Source: a virus (Duplodnaviria; Caudoviricetes). From it: a stretch of DNA of 33,531 nucleotides. This document shows, piece by piece, positions 8,335 through 17,864 of this stretch. The notes beneath the pieces were generated by a model. That model was not told where the DNA came from. It searched no databases and was given only the letters and a program-made list of their open reading frames with translations. The DNA lies in IMG/VR virus record IMGVR_UViG_3300032254_000259, positions 1-33,531 of that record; one strand, 5' to 3'. The translations under genes were made by a program, and so were the position numbers. Numbering within the stretch: the first letter of the stretch is position 1; every line of letters begins with the position of its first letter.

Positions 8335-10016
8335 AGCTCCGCCCGTACCAGCAAGATGCCGTCAGCACCATCTACGAGCATTTGAGATCGCGGGATGACA
8401 ACCCGTGCGTGGTGATCCCGACCGGCGGCGGCAAGACACCCGTCATCGCAACGATCTGCCGCGATGCGGTGTCGCTGTGGGAAGGGCGGGTGGTGATCCT
8501 CGCTCATGTCAAGGAACTGCTCGAGCAAACAGCCGACAAGCTGCGGCTGATCGCGCCTGAAATACCGATGGGCATCTACTCGGCGGGGCTCAAGCGCAAA
8601 GACCTTGGGTACGCCGTCACCATTGCGGGCATTCAGTCGGTTTATCGTCAGGCGTGCGATCTGGGATCAGTGGATCTGATCATCGTGGACGAAGCGCATC
8701 TGATCCCGCCCGAGGGCGAGGGGATGTATCGGCAGTTCCTGGCGGATGCGAAGATCGTCAATCCGCATGTGCGTGTTGTTGGGTTGACCGCGACGCCGTT
8801 TCGGATGAAGACAGGCTCCATCTGCGGCCCCGACAATATTCTCAACGAGGTGTGCTATGAGATCGGCGTGCGTGAGCTGATCGTCGACGGGTATCTCTCC
8901 GCGCTCAAGACCAAGGCGGGGCTCCAGAAGGCTAACACCAGTGGGCTTCATGTCAGGGCTGGCGAGTTTGTCGCCAGCGAGGTTGAGGAGCTGATGGACA
9001 AGCAATCGCTTATCGAGGGCGCTTGCGATGAGATCATCGAGCACACCGGCGATCGCAAGGCGGTGCTGATCTTCTCATCTGGAATCCAGCATGGGCAACA
9101 CATTGTCGAGGTGATTCGGTCTCGGCATGGGGTCGAGTGCGGGTTTGTTTCAGGGGATACGCCCGCTGGCGTTCGGAGCACCATACTGGGGCGATTCTTA
9201 TCTGGCGAGCTCAAGTACCTCTGCAATGTCAATGTGCTGACGACGGGCTTCGATGCACCCCATATTGATTGTGTCGCGCTCGTTCGGCCGACGCTCTCGC
9301 CGGGGTTGTACTACCAGATGGTTGGGCGCGGGTTTCGGCTCTCGCCGGGCAAGGATGACTGCCTTGTTCTGGACTTTGGCGGCAATGTGCTTCGGCACGG
9401 ACCGGTGGATGCGATCAAGGTTGAAACGCCGGACAAGGGCGAGGGCGAAGCGCCCGCCAAAGAATGCCCCGAATGTCAGGCGTTGATCGCTGCGGGCTAT
9501 CAGATATGTCCATATTGCGGACACGAGTTTCCCGAACCCGAGGGCTCAAAGCATGAAGCACAGGCCAGCACGGAGGGGATTCTCTCAGGTCAAACGACAC
9601 GCGACGATTACACAGTCAGCGAGACGACCTACCACATTCATTTCAAACGGGGCGATCCGAGTGCGCCACCGACGATGCGGGTGGAGTATCGGTCTGGGTT
9701 CAATACCTATTTCCGCGAATGGGTATGCTTCGAGCACGAGGGCTATGCGCGGGATAAAGCCGAGCAATGGTGGCGGATGCGATCGCATGATTCGGTTCCA
9801 GATTCGGTCGAGGAGGCGGTTGCTCTCGCTCAGGCCGGAGCCGTGGCCGAAACGAACGCGATCACGGTCGAGCGCAAGGCGGGGGATCAGTATGACCGGA
9901 TTGTGGCTCACGAGCTTGGGCACAAGCCACCAGCGATCGGGGAGTGCAGTGGCAAGTCTGCTGTTGCTCCTGTGCATAATGAGTATGGCTTTGACCCAGA
10001 CGAGATCCCATTTTGA
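8331..10016 (+). CDS. SF2 DEAH-box helicase (RadD/YejH-like) with zinc finger
   Basis: LRPYQ, PTGGGKT, DEAH, GLTATP, QMVGRG, CPEC...CPYC; C-terminal DEIPF. Confidence 0.93.
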   Translation: MKLRPYQQDAVSTIYEHLRSRDDNPCVVIPTGGGKTPVIATICRDAVSLWEGRVVILAHVKELLEQTADKLRLIAPEIPMGIYSAGLKRKDLGYAVTIAGIQSVYRQACDLGSVDLIIVDEAHLIPPEGEGMYRQFLADAKIVNPHVRVVGLTATPFRMKTGSICGPDNILNEVCYEIGVRELIVDGYLSALKTKAGLQKANTSGLHVRAGEFVASEVEELMDKQSLIEGACDEIIEHTGDRKAVLIFSSGIQHGQHIVEVIRSRHGVECGFVSGDTPAGVRSTILGRFLSGELKYLCNVNVLTTGFDAPHIDCVALVRPTLSPGLYYQMVGRGFRLSPGKDDCLVLDFGGNVLRHGPVDAIKVETPDKGEGEAPAKECPECQALIAAGYQICPYCGHEFPEPEGSKHEAQASTEGILSGQTTRDDYTVSETTYHIHFKRGDPSAPPTMRVEYRSGFNTYFREWVCFEHEGYARDKAEQWWRMRSHDSVPDSVEEAVALAQAGAVAETNAITVERKAGDQYDRIVAHELGHKPPAIGECSGKSAVAPVHNEYGFDPDEIPF

Positions 10017-10018
10017 TC

Positions 10019-12172
10019 ATGATTGAGCAACCCAACAATCTACTCGAAGCTGCGAGGCGGTATCTCGCTCGGGGTTTTTCTCCGCTCCCGCTTCCTGCTG
10101 GGGAGAAGGGGCCGCGGCTTCGCGGGTGGACGAAGCTGCGTCTGAGCGAAGCAGAACTCCCTCGCAATTTCACAGGTGAGGGCAATATCGGCTTGCTGCT
10201 CGGACAACCCAGCGGGTGGTTGGTGGATGTCGATTTGGATTGTCCCGAAGCGATCGAGCTGGCTTCTGAGTATCTTCCACCAACCGAAGCAAAGAGCGGG
10301 CGAACGAACTCGCCATGCTCGCATTGGTGGTATATCTGCAAAGGGGCCAAGACCAAGAAGCACACCTTTCCGGGCACCAAGAAGATCATCGCGGAGATTC
10401 GAAGTACCGGAGCGCAGACCGTTGTTGGCCCGAGCACACATCCATCTGGCGATGTGTACGACCCGCTCGCTGGCGATCCGGCAAGTGTTGAACCCGAAGC
10501 GCTCACATTGGCGGTGCAAGCACTGGCTGAGGCGGTGATCCGCAAGCGCGGATGCGAGCCGAAGCCAGCGAAAGTACGAACGGTTCAACTCGCTGACGAC
10601 GACGCCGTCATGGCGCGGGCAGCGGCGTACCTCGACCGCATCCCACCAGCAGTGTCCGGCTCAGGCGGGCACAGCCAGGCCTACGCGGCGGCAACGGCGA
10701 TGGTGCATGGCTTTGGGCTCGAACCGGCGGCAGCACTTGATCTCTTACGCGATCGCTACAACCCCCGATGCGACCCGCCGTGGTCGGAGAAGGAACTTCA
10801 GCACAAGGTCGAGGATGCCGCGAGCAAGCCACATGATCGGCCGCTGGGTTGGCTCCGAGATGCCAAATCGCCGATCGGGCCGGATGTTGATCTGTCCGAG
10901 TTCGTGCCGTTGTCAGGTACAGTCGAGCCCGAACCCAAGTCTGAGCGCCCACCAGATCCCGGCCCCTTTCCGGATCATCTGTTGCGTGTACCGGGGTTCA
11001 TTGATGAAATAATGGCGTTCAACCTTGCCACAGCGACCCGGGCCCAGCCCGTGCTGGCGCTTGCGGCGGGGATCTGTCTCCAAGCCGTGCTCTGTGGGCG
11101 GAAGGTGCGCGACGAGCGGGGCAACCGGACGAATCTCTACTGCGTCGGCGTCGCGTCGTCAGGGGCGGGCAAGGATCATGCACGCAAGGTCAACAAGAAT
11201 GTCCTCTTCGCGGCTGGTCTGGTCGAGCACGAGGGCAACGAAGACCTGGCGTCTGACGCCGGGCTGGTGTCGGCGGTCGAGGCCGAGCCGGCGATTCTTT
11301 TCCAGATCGACGAGTTCGGGCGATTCCTGCGAACGATCGGCGATCCCAAAAAAGCACCGCACCTGTTCAATGTGCTCACGGCTCTGATGAAGCTTTACTC
11401 AAGCGCCGACACGATCTTCCGTGGCAAGGCCTACGCCGACAAGAAGCGGAACAAGGTCATCAACCAGCCATGCGTCAGCGTCTACGGCACAACCGTTCCC
11501 GAGCACTTCTTCGCCTCGCTCACCGCCGATAGTCTCAGCGACGGGTTCATCGCTCGGCTCTTGGTATTCGAAACCGATTCAACGCCTCCACGGCAGCGTG
11601 TCAAGGCGACACCCGTGCCCGAGGAGATCGTCGATACCGCTCGCTGGTGGGGAGAGTTCAGGCCCGGTGGCAACCTGCGCAGCGAGCATCCTGAACCCCT
11701 CGTCGTGCCAGCGAATAAGGAAGCGGGATTGGTGTTCGACGCCTTGGCGGAACTTGTCGATCGCGAGCTGGCCAGAGATCAGAACGGGCGATCGTTGTGG
11801 GCGCGGGCCGAGGAGAAGGCGTGCAGGTTGGCGCTGATCCATGCGTGCTCGGTAAACCACGAGCAGCCAGTCATTGACAAAGCTGCAGCCGAGTGGGCGT
11901 GCGATGTGTCGGAATACCTGACCCGGCGCATGCTGCATGTCGCACACGAATGGGTGGCCGAGGGCAACTTCGACGCGCGGCAGAAGCGCGTGTTGCGCAT
12001 CGTGCGCCGCGCGGGTGGAACGATCTCGCGTTCAGTGCTGTGCCGAAAGACGCAGTGGCTCACGCAGCGAGAACGGCAGGAGGTCATCGACAACCTCTTG
12101 GAAACAGGGCAGTTGGAGCAGGTCATCGAGAAGACGGCCACCAAGCCGGGGGTGACCTATGCGCTGGTGTGA
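10019..12172 (+). CDS. Bifunctional DNA primase/polymerase with C-terminal DUF3987-like helicase domain
   Basis: Prim-Pol NIGLL...LVDVDLD and VGPSTHPSG; PriCT-like CDPPWSEKEL; P-loop ASSGAGKD and IDEFG. Confidence 0.87.
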   Translation: MIEQPNNLLEAARRYLARGFSPLPLPAGEKGPRLRGWTKLRLSEAELPRNFTGEGNIGLLLGQPSGWLVDVDLDCPEAIELASEYLPPTEAKSGRTNSPCSHWWYICKGAKTKKHTFPGTKKIIAEIRSTGAQTVVGPSTHPSGDVYDPLAGDPASVEPEALTLAVQALAEAVIRKRGCEPKPAKVRTVQLADDDAVMARAAAYLDRIPPAVSGSGGHSQAYAAATAMVHGFGLEPAAALDLLRDRYNPRCDPPWSEKELQHKVEDAASKPHDRPLGWLRDAKSPIGPDVDLSEFVPLSGTVEPEPKSERPPDPGPFPDHLLRVPGFIDEIMAFNLATATRAQPVLALAAGICLQAVLCGRKVRDERGNRTNLYCVGVASSGAGKDHARKVNKNVLFAAGLVEHEGNEDLASDAGLVSAVEAEPAILFQIDEFGRFLRTIGDPKKAPHLFNVLTALMKLYSSADTIFRGKAYADKKRNKVINQPCVSVYGTTVPEHFFASLTADSLSDGFIARLLVFETDSTPPRQRVKATPVPEEIVDTARWWGEFRPGGNLRSEHPEPLVVPANKEAGLVFDALAELVDRELARDQNGRSLWARAEEKACRLALIHACSVNHEQPVIDKAAAEWACDVSEYLTRRMLHVAHEWVAEGNFDARQKRVLRIVRRAGGTISRSVLCRKTQWLTQRERQEVIDNLLETGQLEQVIEKTATKPGVTYALV

Positions 12173-12178
12173 TGGAGA

Positions 12179-12259
12179 TCTTTCAATCTTTCAAGACCTG
12201 TTTCTAGGGGTCTATAAGAGGTGGGGAAGGTGCATAAAGGGAGGTATTGAAAGATTGAA
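12179..12259. repeat. Inverted repeat with tandem TCTTTCAA units, candidate replication origin
   Basis: 12182-12199 TTCAATCTTTCAAGACCT versus 12242-12259 AGGTATTGAAAGATTGAA (17/18 complementary), followed by an AT-rich tract. Confidence 0.6.
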
Positions 12260-12636
12260 TTATTTATTATTCTCTCTCACTCATTCCTCTCTCAACTGCG
12301 CTCACTCCGGCATTCTTCTTCGCATGGCATCGGATCGGGATCGATTAGGTACTCCCGGGCGAATCCTTGCTGGTGACGCCCGCGGGAACAGCACCCGTTG
12401 GGGACAGACTTTCTTTCGCCTGTCCGGTCCGCATTGGGGACTCCGCAATGGGGCCACGAGGGTTGGCCGTGTGGCGGACCGGCCCCCCTTGGCACCACCC
12501 CCGTCGGATTCCCCGCCCCTCGGCCACACGGGCCAACGAGGTACGCCGTCGGGGCGGCCAACGAACCAACCAGCACACCAATCCGGGGCCACGGTTGGCC
12601 TTGGTTCACTCATCCCAAGGCACGGAGGCACATGCC

Positions 12637-14016
12637 ATGAAAATTGTCCAGAAGAACATCACTGAAATCACCCCTTACGAGAACAACCCACGCCTCAACG
12701 ACGACGCGGTTGTGGCCGTCGCTGAGTCGATTCGGCAGTTTGGGTTCCGCCAGCCGATCGTGGTTGATGAGCAGGGCATCATCGTCTGCGGGCATACGCG
12801 GTTCAAAGCCGCCCAGATGCTTGAGCTCAAGCGGGTGCCGGTGCATGTGGCGACGGACCTGACGCCGGAGCAGATTCGGGCGTACCGCATCGCCGACAAT
12901 AAGACCGGCGAGTTGGCGACATGGGACATGGAGCTGTTGCCACTCGAGATCGCCGAGTTGCAAGAGGCGGGGGTTGATTGGTCGTTGCTGGGATTCGATG
13001 CCGATGATCTGGCTCGGATCATGGCAGGTGAAGAGGGCGTGGCTGAAGGGTTGACCGATCCCGATGATGTGCCCGAGCCGCCGGATGATCCGATTACCCA
13101 GCCCGGCGATCTGTGGGTGCTCGGAAACCATCGGCTGTTGTGTGGTGACTCATCGAGCGAGGCCGATCTGGATCGGCTACTCGATGGCAACACCATCGAC
13201 ATGGTGAACACCGATCCGCCGTACAATGTCAATGTTGAGCCGAGATCAAACAACGCGATCGTCACGGGGATCTCCAGCTTCCCCGCCTCGGCAACGCAAG
13301 CGACCACGCATATGCAAGAGCGTGATCTGGCTCGCCATCCGAACAAATCGAAGGCAACGCACAAGAAGATGCGAGCCAAGGACCGACCGCTCGCCAACGA
13401 CTTCATGAGCGATGAAGCGTTCGAGAAGATGCTGCTGGCGTGGTTCGGCAACATAGCCCGCGTGCTCAAGCCGGGCGGATCGTTCTACATCTGGGGTGGG
13501 TATGCCAATCTCGGAAACTACCCATCGCCGCTCAAGGCCTGCGAGCTGTACTTCAGCCAGGGGATCGTGTGGGACAAGCAGCACCCGGTGCTTGGCCGCA
13601 AGGACTTCATGTCCGCGTTTGAGATCTGCTTCTACGGCTGGCGCAAAGACGCAGGCCACAAGTTCTTCGGCCCCAACAACGCCACGGATCTCTGGCATGT
13701 CAAGAAGGTCAACCCGCAGAGCATGGTGCATCTGACCGAGAAGCCCGTCGAGTTGGCGGTGAAAGCGATTCAGTACTCATCGCGCCCGAGTGAACGCGTC
13801 CTCGACCTCTTCGGCGGCAGCGGTTCGACGCTGATCGCCTGCGAGCAGACGGATCGGCACGCCTACTTGATGGAGATCGATCCGGCGTACTGCGATGTGA
13901 TTGTTCAGCGTTGGGAGGAGTTCACCGGCAAGAAGGCGGAGCGGATTGCATCGAACGCTGACGCCGGAGAAACAGCCCCGGTGAATGCCGAGGCTGAAGA
14001 AGGGGGCGGAGGATGA
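12637..14016 (+). CDS. ParB N-terminal domain fused to N6-adenine/N4-cytosine DNA methyltransferase
   Basis: GGAGG RBS; ParB motifs PYENNPR, FGFRQPIVV, GHTR, ADNK; MTase DPPY, HLTEKPVEL, DLFGGSGST. Confidence 0.93.
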   Translation: MKIVQKNITEITPYENNPRLNDDAVVAVAESIRQFGFRQPIVVDEQGIIVCGHTRFKAAQMLELKRVPVHVATDLTPEQIRAYRIADNKTGELATWDMELLPLEIAELQEAGVDWSLLGFDADDLARIMAGEEGVAEGLTDPDDVPEPPDDPITQPGDLWVLGNHRLLCGDSSSEADLDRLLDGNTIDMVNTDPPYNVNVEPRSNNAIVTGISSFPASATQATTHMQERDLARHPNKSKATHKKMRAKDRPLANDFMSDEAFEKMLLAWFGNIARVLKPGGSFYIWGGYANLGNYPSPLKACELYFSQGIVWDKQHPVLGRKDFMSAFEICFYGWRKDAGHKFFGPNNATDLWHVKKVNPQSMVHLTEKPVELAVKAIQYSSRPSERVLDLFGGSGSTLIACEQTDRHAYLMEIDPAYCDVIVQRWEEFTGKKAERIASNADAGETAPVNAEAEEGGGG

Positions 14017-14021
14017 TCCGT

Positions 14022-14435
14022 CTATTTGTTCGCAGCGAAGAGCCCGCGATCGGTCTTGACGAACCGCGCGTCCTTCCCCTTCTTGGCGATCTCACGGATC
14101 ATCGAGGCGTAGAGCGTGGCGTGGGGGGTCTTGCCGGTGGTTTTCCAGCCTGCGGCGATGGCCCGTTCTGCGATGGCCTTGGCTTGCAACGGTTCCTTCG
14201 CATCGACGAGGACCTTGGCGGCCAGGTCGAGCCCGGATACGCGTTTGGGCTTGGCCGCGTCGTTAGACCGTGTCGCGTTCGTGGCGGGTTTGGCCTTCGT
14301 GGTCGCCTTGGGCTTGGCATTGGCGACAGTCGCGGGCGTGTTGGCCCGTGCGGGCTTCTTTGCCGGGATCTTCTTCGGCGTCCCTTTGGAGGTTGCTTTC
14401 TTGGTCGTGGTCTTCTTCGTGGATTTCGTTGTCAT
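14022..14435 (-). CDS. Lys/Thr/Ala-rich protein with HARE-HTH-like winged helix
   Basis: Basic low-complexity N-terminus, then SGLDLAAKVL...WKTTGKTPHATLYASMIREI...RFVKTDRGLF; AAGGA RBS on the minus strand. Confidence 0.85.
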   Translation of the reverse strand: MTTKSTKKTTTKKATSKGTPKKIPAKKPARANTPATVANAKPKATTKAKPATNATRSNDAAKPKRVSGLDLAAKVLVDAKEPLQAKAIAERAIAAGWKTTGKTPHATLYASMIREIAKKGKDARFVKTDRGLFAANK

Positions 14436-14468
14436 GATTTTTCCTTTCGTGGTGAATGTGCGAACCGT

Positions 14469-14987
14469 TTACGCGCGGTTCTCGATGATCGCCCACTTGG
14501 AGCGGATTGGTTCGTATTGGGTCGGGAACACCTCGTGACCCCGGCGTTCGATGGCGTCGATCAGGCGGCTGTTGAGCTCGCCCGTGTTCACCCTGAACTC
14601 GGTGAACGCGGCGGCCATTTCATTGGCGGCGTTCCGATCGCTCCCTCGCGTCACAAGGCGTTCGAGTTCGTTGGCTTTCTTGCCCATCGCCATGTTGAGC
14701 TCGGTGTACTTGGCCCCGGCCGCGTTGAGCAGGTCGGCGATCTGGCGTTGGAGCGAAGCGATCTCACGGATGTCATCGTTGATCAGGCTTCGCGGCGGAA
14801 CATAATCCTGACCTTGGTCGATTTGTGTGACGATGTAGCTCGTTCCACAGGATTGGCATGCGACGCTTTCGCCGTCGTCGTCGCAGATCAGGTTGTCCAT
14901 CTCGCGTTGGCCACATTTCGGGCAAGCGAAGCATGGCGGGACAAGTTCGGGGTGTTCGCTGGTCGGGGTGTGGTCGTTGGTCGTCAT
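14469..14987 (-). CDS. Hypothetical protein with N-terminal zinc ribbon and helical C-terminus
   Basis: CPKC...CQSC; GGAG RBS on the minus strand. Confidence 0.72.
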   Translation of the reverse strand: MTTNDHTPTSEHPELVPPCFACPKCGQREMDNLICDDDGESVACQSCGTSYIVTQIDQGQDYVPPRSLINDDIREIASLQRQIADLLNAAGAKYTELNMAMGKKANELERLVTRGSDRNAANEMAAAFTEFRVNTGELNSRLIDAIERRGHEVFPTQYEPIRSKWAIIENRA

Positions 14988-15166
14988 GGTTTGGTTCTCC
15001 GTGCTGGATTTCTGTTCCGTGGCGGGCGTCCATTCGCCTCGCGTTGGTCACATGAAGCCATGAAAACGACCAGAATGGAAGGCCAATGGGCCTTTATTTG
15101 CAGATGTTTTCGAGATTCTGGCAAACTCTGGGCGACATGTGGGCAAGTCATGCCAGGAGGCGCAAG

Positions 15167-15409
15167 ATGACTCCCGAACACGCGCCTAGTTCCGATGGAA
15201 CGCCCCGGTTGAACCCGGCCGCGATGACGGTCGAGGATGCGGCCAAACTGCTCACCAAGGCGGGCGGTGTGCGCATTTCCGAAGCGCAGATCCGCAAGGA
15301 CATCGAAGCGAACGCGCCGACGAACGCCGACGGGACGATCAACTTGGTGCACTACGCCGCATGGCTGGTGCGCGAGATGGCAACGGGAGGAGGAGCCGTT
15401 GGCGATTGA
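15167..15409 (+). CDS. Putative terminase small subunit (Nu1-like winged helix)
   Basis: AGGAGG RBS; HTH-like MTVEDAAKLL...SEAQIRKDI...NLVHYAAWL; overlaps the large terminase start. Confidence 0.65.
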   Translation: MTPEHAPSSDGTPRLNPAAMTVEDAAKLLTKAGGVRISEAQIRKDIEANAPTNADGTINLVHYAAWLVREMATGGGAVGD

Positions 15410-17681
15410 TCCGCGTCAACTCAGGCCCAGTGAGTTGTGTCAGTTGCTCAACTCGACGCCGATCGGTGAAGTCATCGGCGAGCGGCAGCTGCGTCGGCAT
15501 CGCACGCGGGCGGGGCTACGCATCGCGGCGAGCAACGATCCGCAGCGGGTTGATCTGCTGCGCTATGTCGCGTGGCTTGTGAACGAGCGCCACAAGCCCA
15601 AGCCCGAAGCCGATGGATTGACCGGCTACGACGCCCAGCGCGAGCGAGCACTGGCACGGAGCAAGGCCCAGTCGCTCTCGGGACGGGACATCGGCGAACT
15701 GCCCGAAGTGGTCGATCCGGATCGGCGTCGCAAGTGCGAGGGCTCCTTCCGGCTGTTCTGCGAGACCTACTTCAAGCAGACCTTCACGATGGCGTGGTCG
15801 GACGACCACCTCAAGGTGATCGCCAAGATCGAGCAGGCGGTGCTCGAAGGCGGGTTGTTTGCGATGGCGATGCCTCGTGGATCAGGCAAAACCACGCTGT
15901 GCGAGATTGCGTGCCTGTGGGCGATCCTGATTGGTGCGAGGGAGTTTGTCACATTGATCGGTGCCGATGAGGATCACGCGGCCAACATGCTCGATTCGAT
16001 CAAGGCCGAACTCGAGAACAACGATCTCCTGCTTGAGGATTTCCCTGAAGCGGTCTACCCGATCCAGCAACTCGAAGGCATCCACCAACGAGCCAGTGGG
16101 CAGCTGTATCAGGGCACGCAGACGCATATCGGGTGGACAGCCAAGGAGATCGTGCTGCCAACGATGCCTGGCTCGAAGGCATCGGGTGCGATCATCCGTG
16201 TGGCTGGGATCACTGGACGCATCCGAGGCATGAAGCACAAACGGCCCGACGGGCAATCAGTCCGCCCATCGCTGGTGCTCATCGACGATCCGCAGACGGA
16301 CGAGTCGGCGCGGTCGCCATCGCAGTGCGCGACGCGCGAACGGATTCTGGCGGGGGCAATCCTCGGACTTGGCGGGCCTGGCAAGAAAATCGCGGGGTTG
16401 ATGACCATCACCGTTGTGCGGCCCGATGACATGGCTGATCGGTTGCTCGATCGTGATGTGCATCCGCAATGGCAGGGCGAGCGGACGAAGATGGTGTACG
16501 CGTTCCCGTCAGATGAAGCGTTGTGGGCGAAGTACGCCGAGATTCGAGCCGAGGGCTTGCGGAATGATGCGGGGATCAAAGCGGCCACCAAGTTCTATCG
16601 CGAGCATCAAGCCGCGATGGACGAAGGGGCGGTGATCGCCTGGCCCGCTCGCTACAACCACGACGAACTCTCCGCCATCCAGCACGCGATGAACCTCAAG
16701 TACCAGAACGAAGCCGCGTTCTGGGCGGAGTATCAGAACGAGCCGCTTCCCGAGAACGAGCCGGACGATGAGTTGCTCACGGCCGAGCAGATCGCAGCCA
16801 AGACCAGTGGCATGAAGCGAGGCGAGGTCCCGATCGGCTGCTCGCACCTGACGATGTTCATCGATGTGCAGGGCAAGGCACTCTTCTGGCTCATCGCGGC
16901 GTGGGCGGACGATTTCACCGGGTACATCATCGACTACGGCACCGAGCCAGACCAAAAGCAGGCCTACTTCACCCTCCGCGAGATGCGGCGGACGCTCTTG
17001 ACAGCGGCCCCGCGAGCCGGGCAAGAAGGCGCGATCTACGCCGGGCTTGAACGGCTGACCAACGCGATGCTCACCAAGGAATGGCGACGCGACGACGGGG
17101 CGATGGTGCGCATTGACCGCTGCCTCATCGATGCCAACTGGGGCGCATCGACGGATGTTGTCTACCAGTTCTGCAGGCAGAGCAAGTTTGCCAATGTGTT
17201 GTTGCCGAGTCACGGGCGATATGTCGGCGCGAGCAGTATCCCGTTCAGCGAGTACAAACGCAAACGAGGTGATCGCGTTGGGCACAACTGGCGGATTCCC
17301 AATGTCGCGGGCAAACGCTCAGTTCGGCATGTGGTGTTCGACACCAACTTCTGGAAGTCGTTCGTCCACGCCCGGCTGGCGGTGCCGATGGGAGACCCCG
17401 GATGCCTGGCGCTGTTCGGCCGGAAACCAGATGCGCATCGGCTCATAGCCGAGCACCTGACGGCCGAGTACCGCGTCAAGACCGAAGGCCGAGGTCGAAC
17501 CGTCGATGAATGGAAAATCCGCCAGCCCGGGCTCGACAACCACTGGCTCGATTGCGTGGTCGGTGCGGCCGTGGCGGCGTCGATGCAGGGGGCGATTCTC
17601 TATGGGACGGATCAAAAGCCCTGTCCGAAGCATCGTGTGAAGTTGTCAGATGTGCGTGCAAATCGCCTGCGAGGCACCTGA
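15399..17681 (+). CDS. Terminase large subunit (GpA-like)
   Basis: TTG start after GGAGGAG; Walker A MPRGSGKT, Walker B LVLIDD, nuclease FIDVQ and DNHWLDC. Confidence 0.9.
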   Translation: MAIDPRQLRPSELCQLLNSTPIGEVIGERQLRRHRTRAGLRIAASNDPQRVDLLRYVAWLVNERHKPKPEADGLTGYDAQRERALARSKAQSLSGRDIGELPEVVDPDRRRKCEGSFRLFCETYFKQTFTMAWSDDHLKVIAKIEQAVLEGGLFAMAMPRGSGKTTLCEIACLWAILIGAREFVTLIGADEDHAANMLDSIKAELENNDLLLEDFPEAVYPIQQLEGIHQRASGQLYQGTQTHIGWTAKEIVLPTMPGSKASGAIIRVAGITGRIRGMKHKRPDGQSVRPSLVLIDDPQTDESARSPSQCATRERILAGAILGLGGPGKKIAGLMTITVVRPDDMADRLLDRDVHPQWQGERTKMVYAFPSDEALWAKYAEIRAEGLRNDAGIKAATKFYREHQAAMDEGAVIAWPARYNHDELSAIQHAMNLKYQNEAAFWAEYQNEPLPENEPDDELLTAEQIAAKTSGMKRGEVPIGCSHLTMFIDVQGKALFWLIAAWADDFTGYIIDYGTEPDQKQAYFTLREMRRTLLTAAPRAGQEGAIYAGLERLTNAMLTKEWRRDDGAMVRIDRCLIDANWGASTDVVYQFCRQSKFANVLLPSHGRYVGASSIPFSEYKRKRGDRVGHNWRIPNVAGKRSVRHVVFDTNFWKSFVHARLAVPMGDPGCLALFGRKPDAHRLIAEHLTAEYRVKTEGRGRTVDEWKIRQPGLDNHWLDCVVGAAVAASMQGAILYGTDQKPCPKHRVKLSDVRANRLRGT

Positions 17682-17864
17682 TTTCACCCGAACGGGTCTT
17701 CACACGGGGCGATTCGTACTCGTTTTAGCGAGAACAGTGCCAAATATACTCATAAATTGGCCGAAATATACATTTTGAGGCGTCGGCGTAATAGTATTGG
17801 CGATACAGTGCGAAGTTGTAACAGTTTTGCGACTGGTATACTCGTTTTACCGTCAGGAGCCAAA

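Noticed and set aside
12367-12636. N-terminal extension of the methyltransferase ORF (also extensions at 6302, 2399, 15237, 17757, 31409)
   Set aside because: Better starts with RBS or stop-start overlaps lie downstream
12637-14016. Restriction-modification system
   Set aside because: No cognate endonuclease seen; ParB-methyltransferase fusions near terminase are common orphan phage genes
14013-15170. 385-aa plus-strand ORF
   Set aside because: Antisense shadow of two minus-strand genes that have RBSs and recognisable domains
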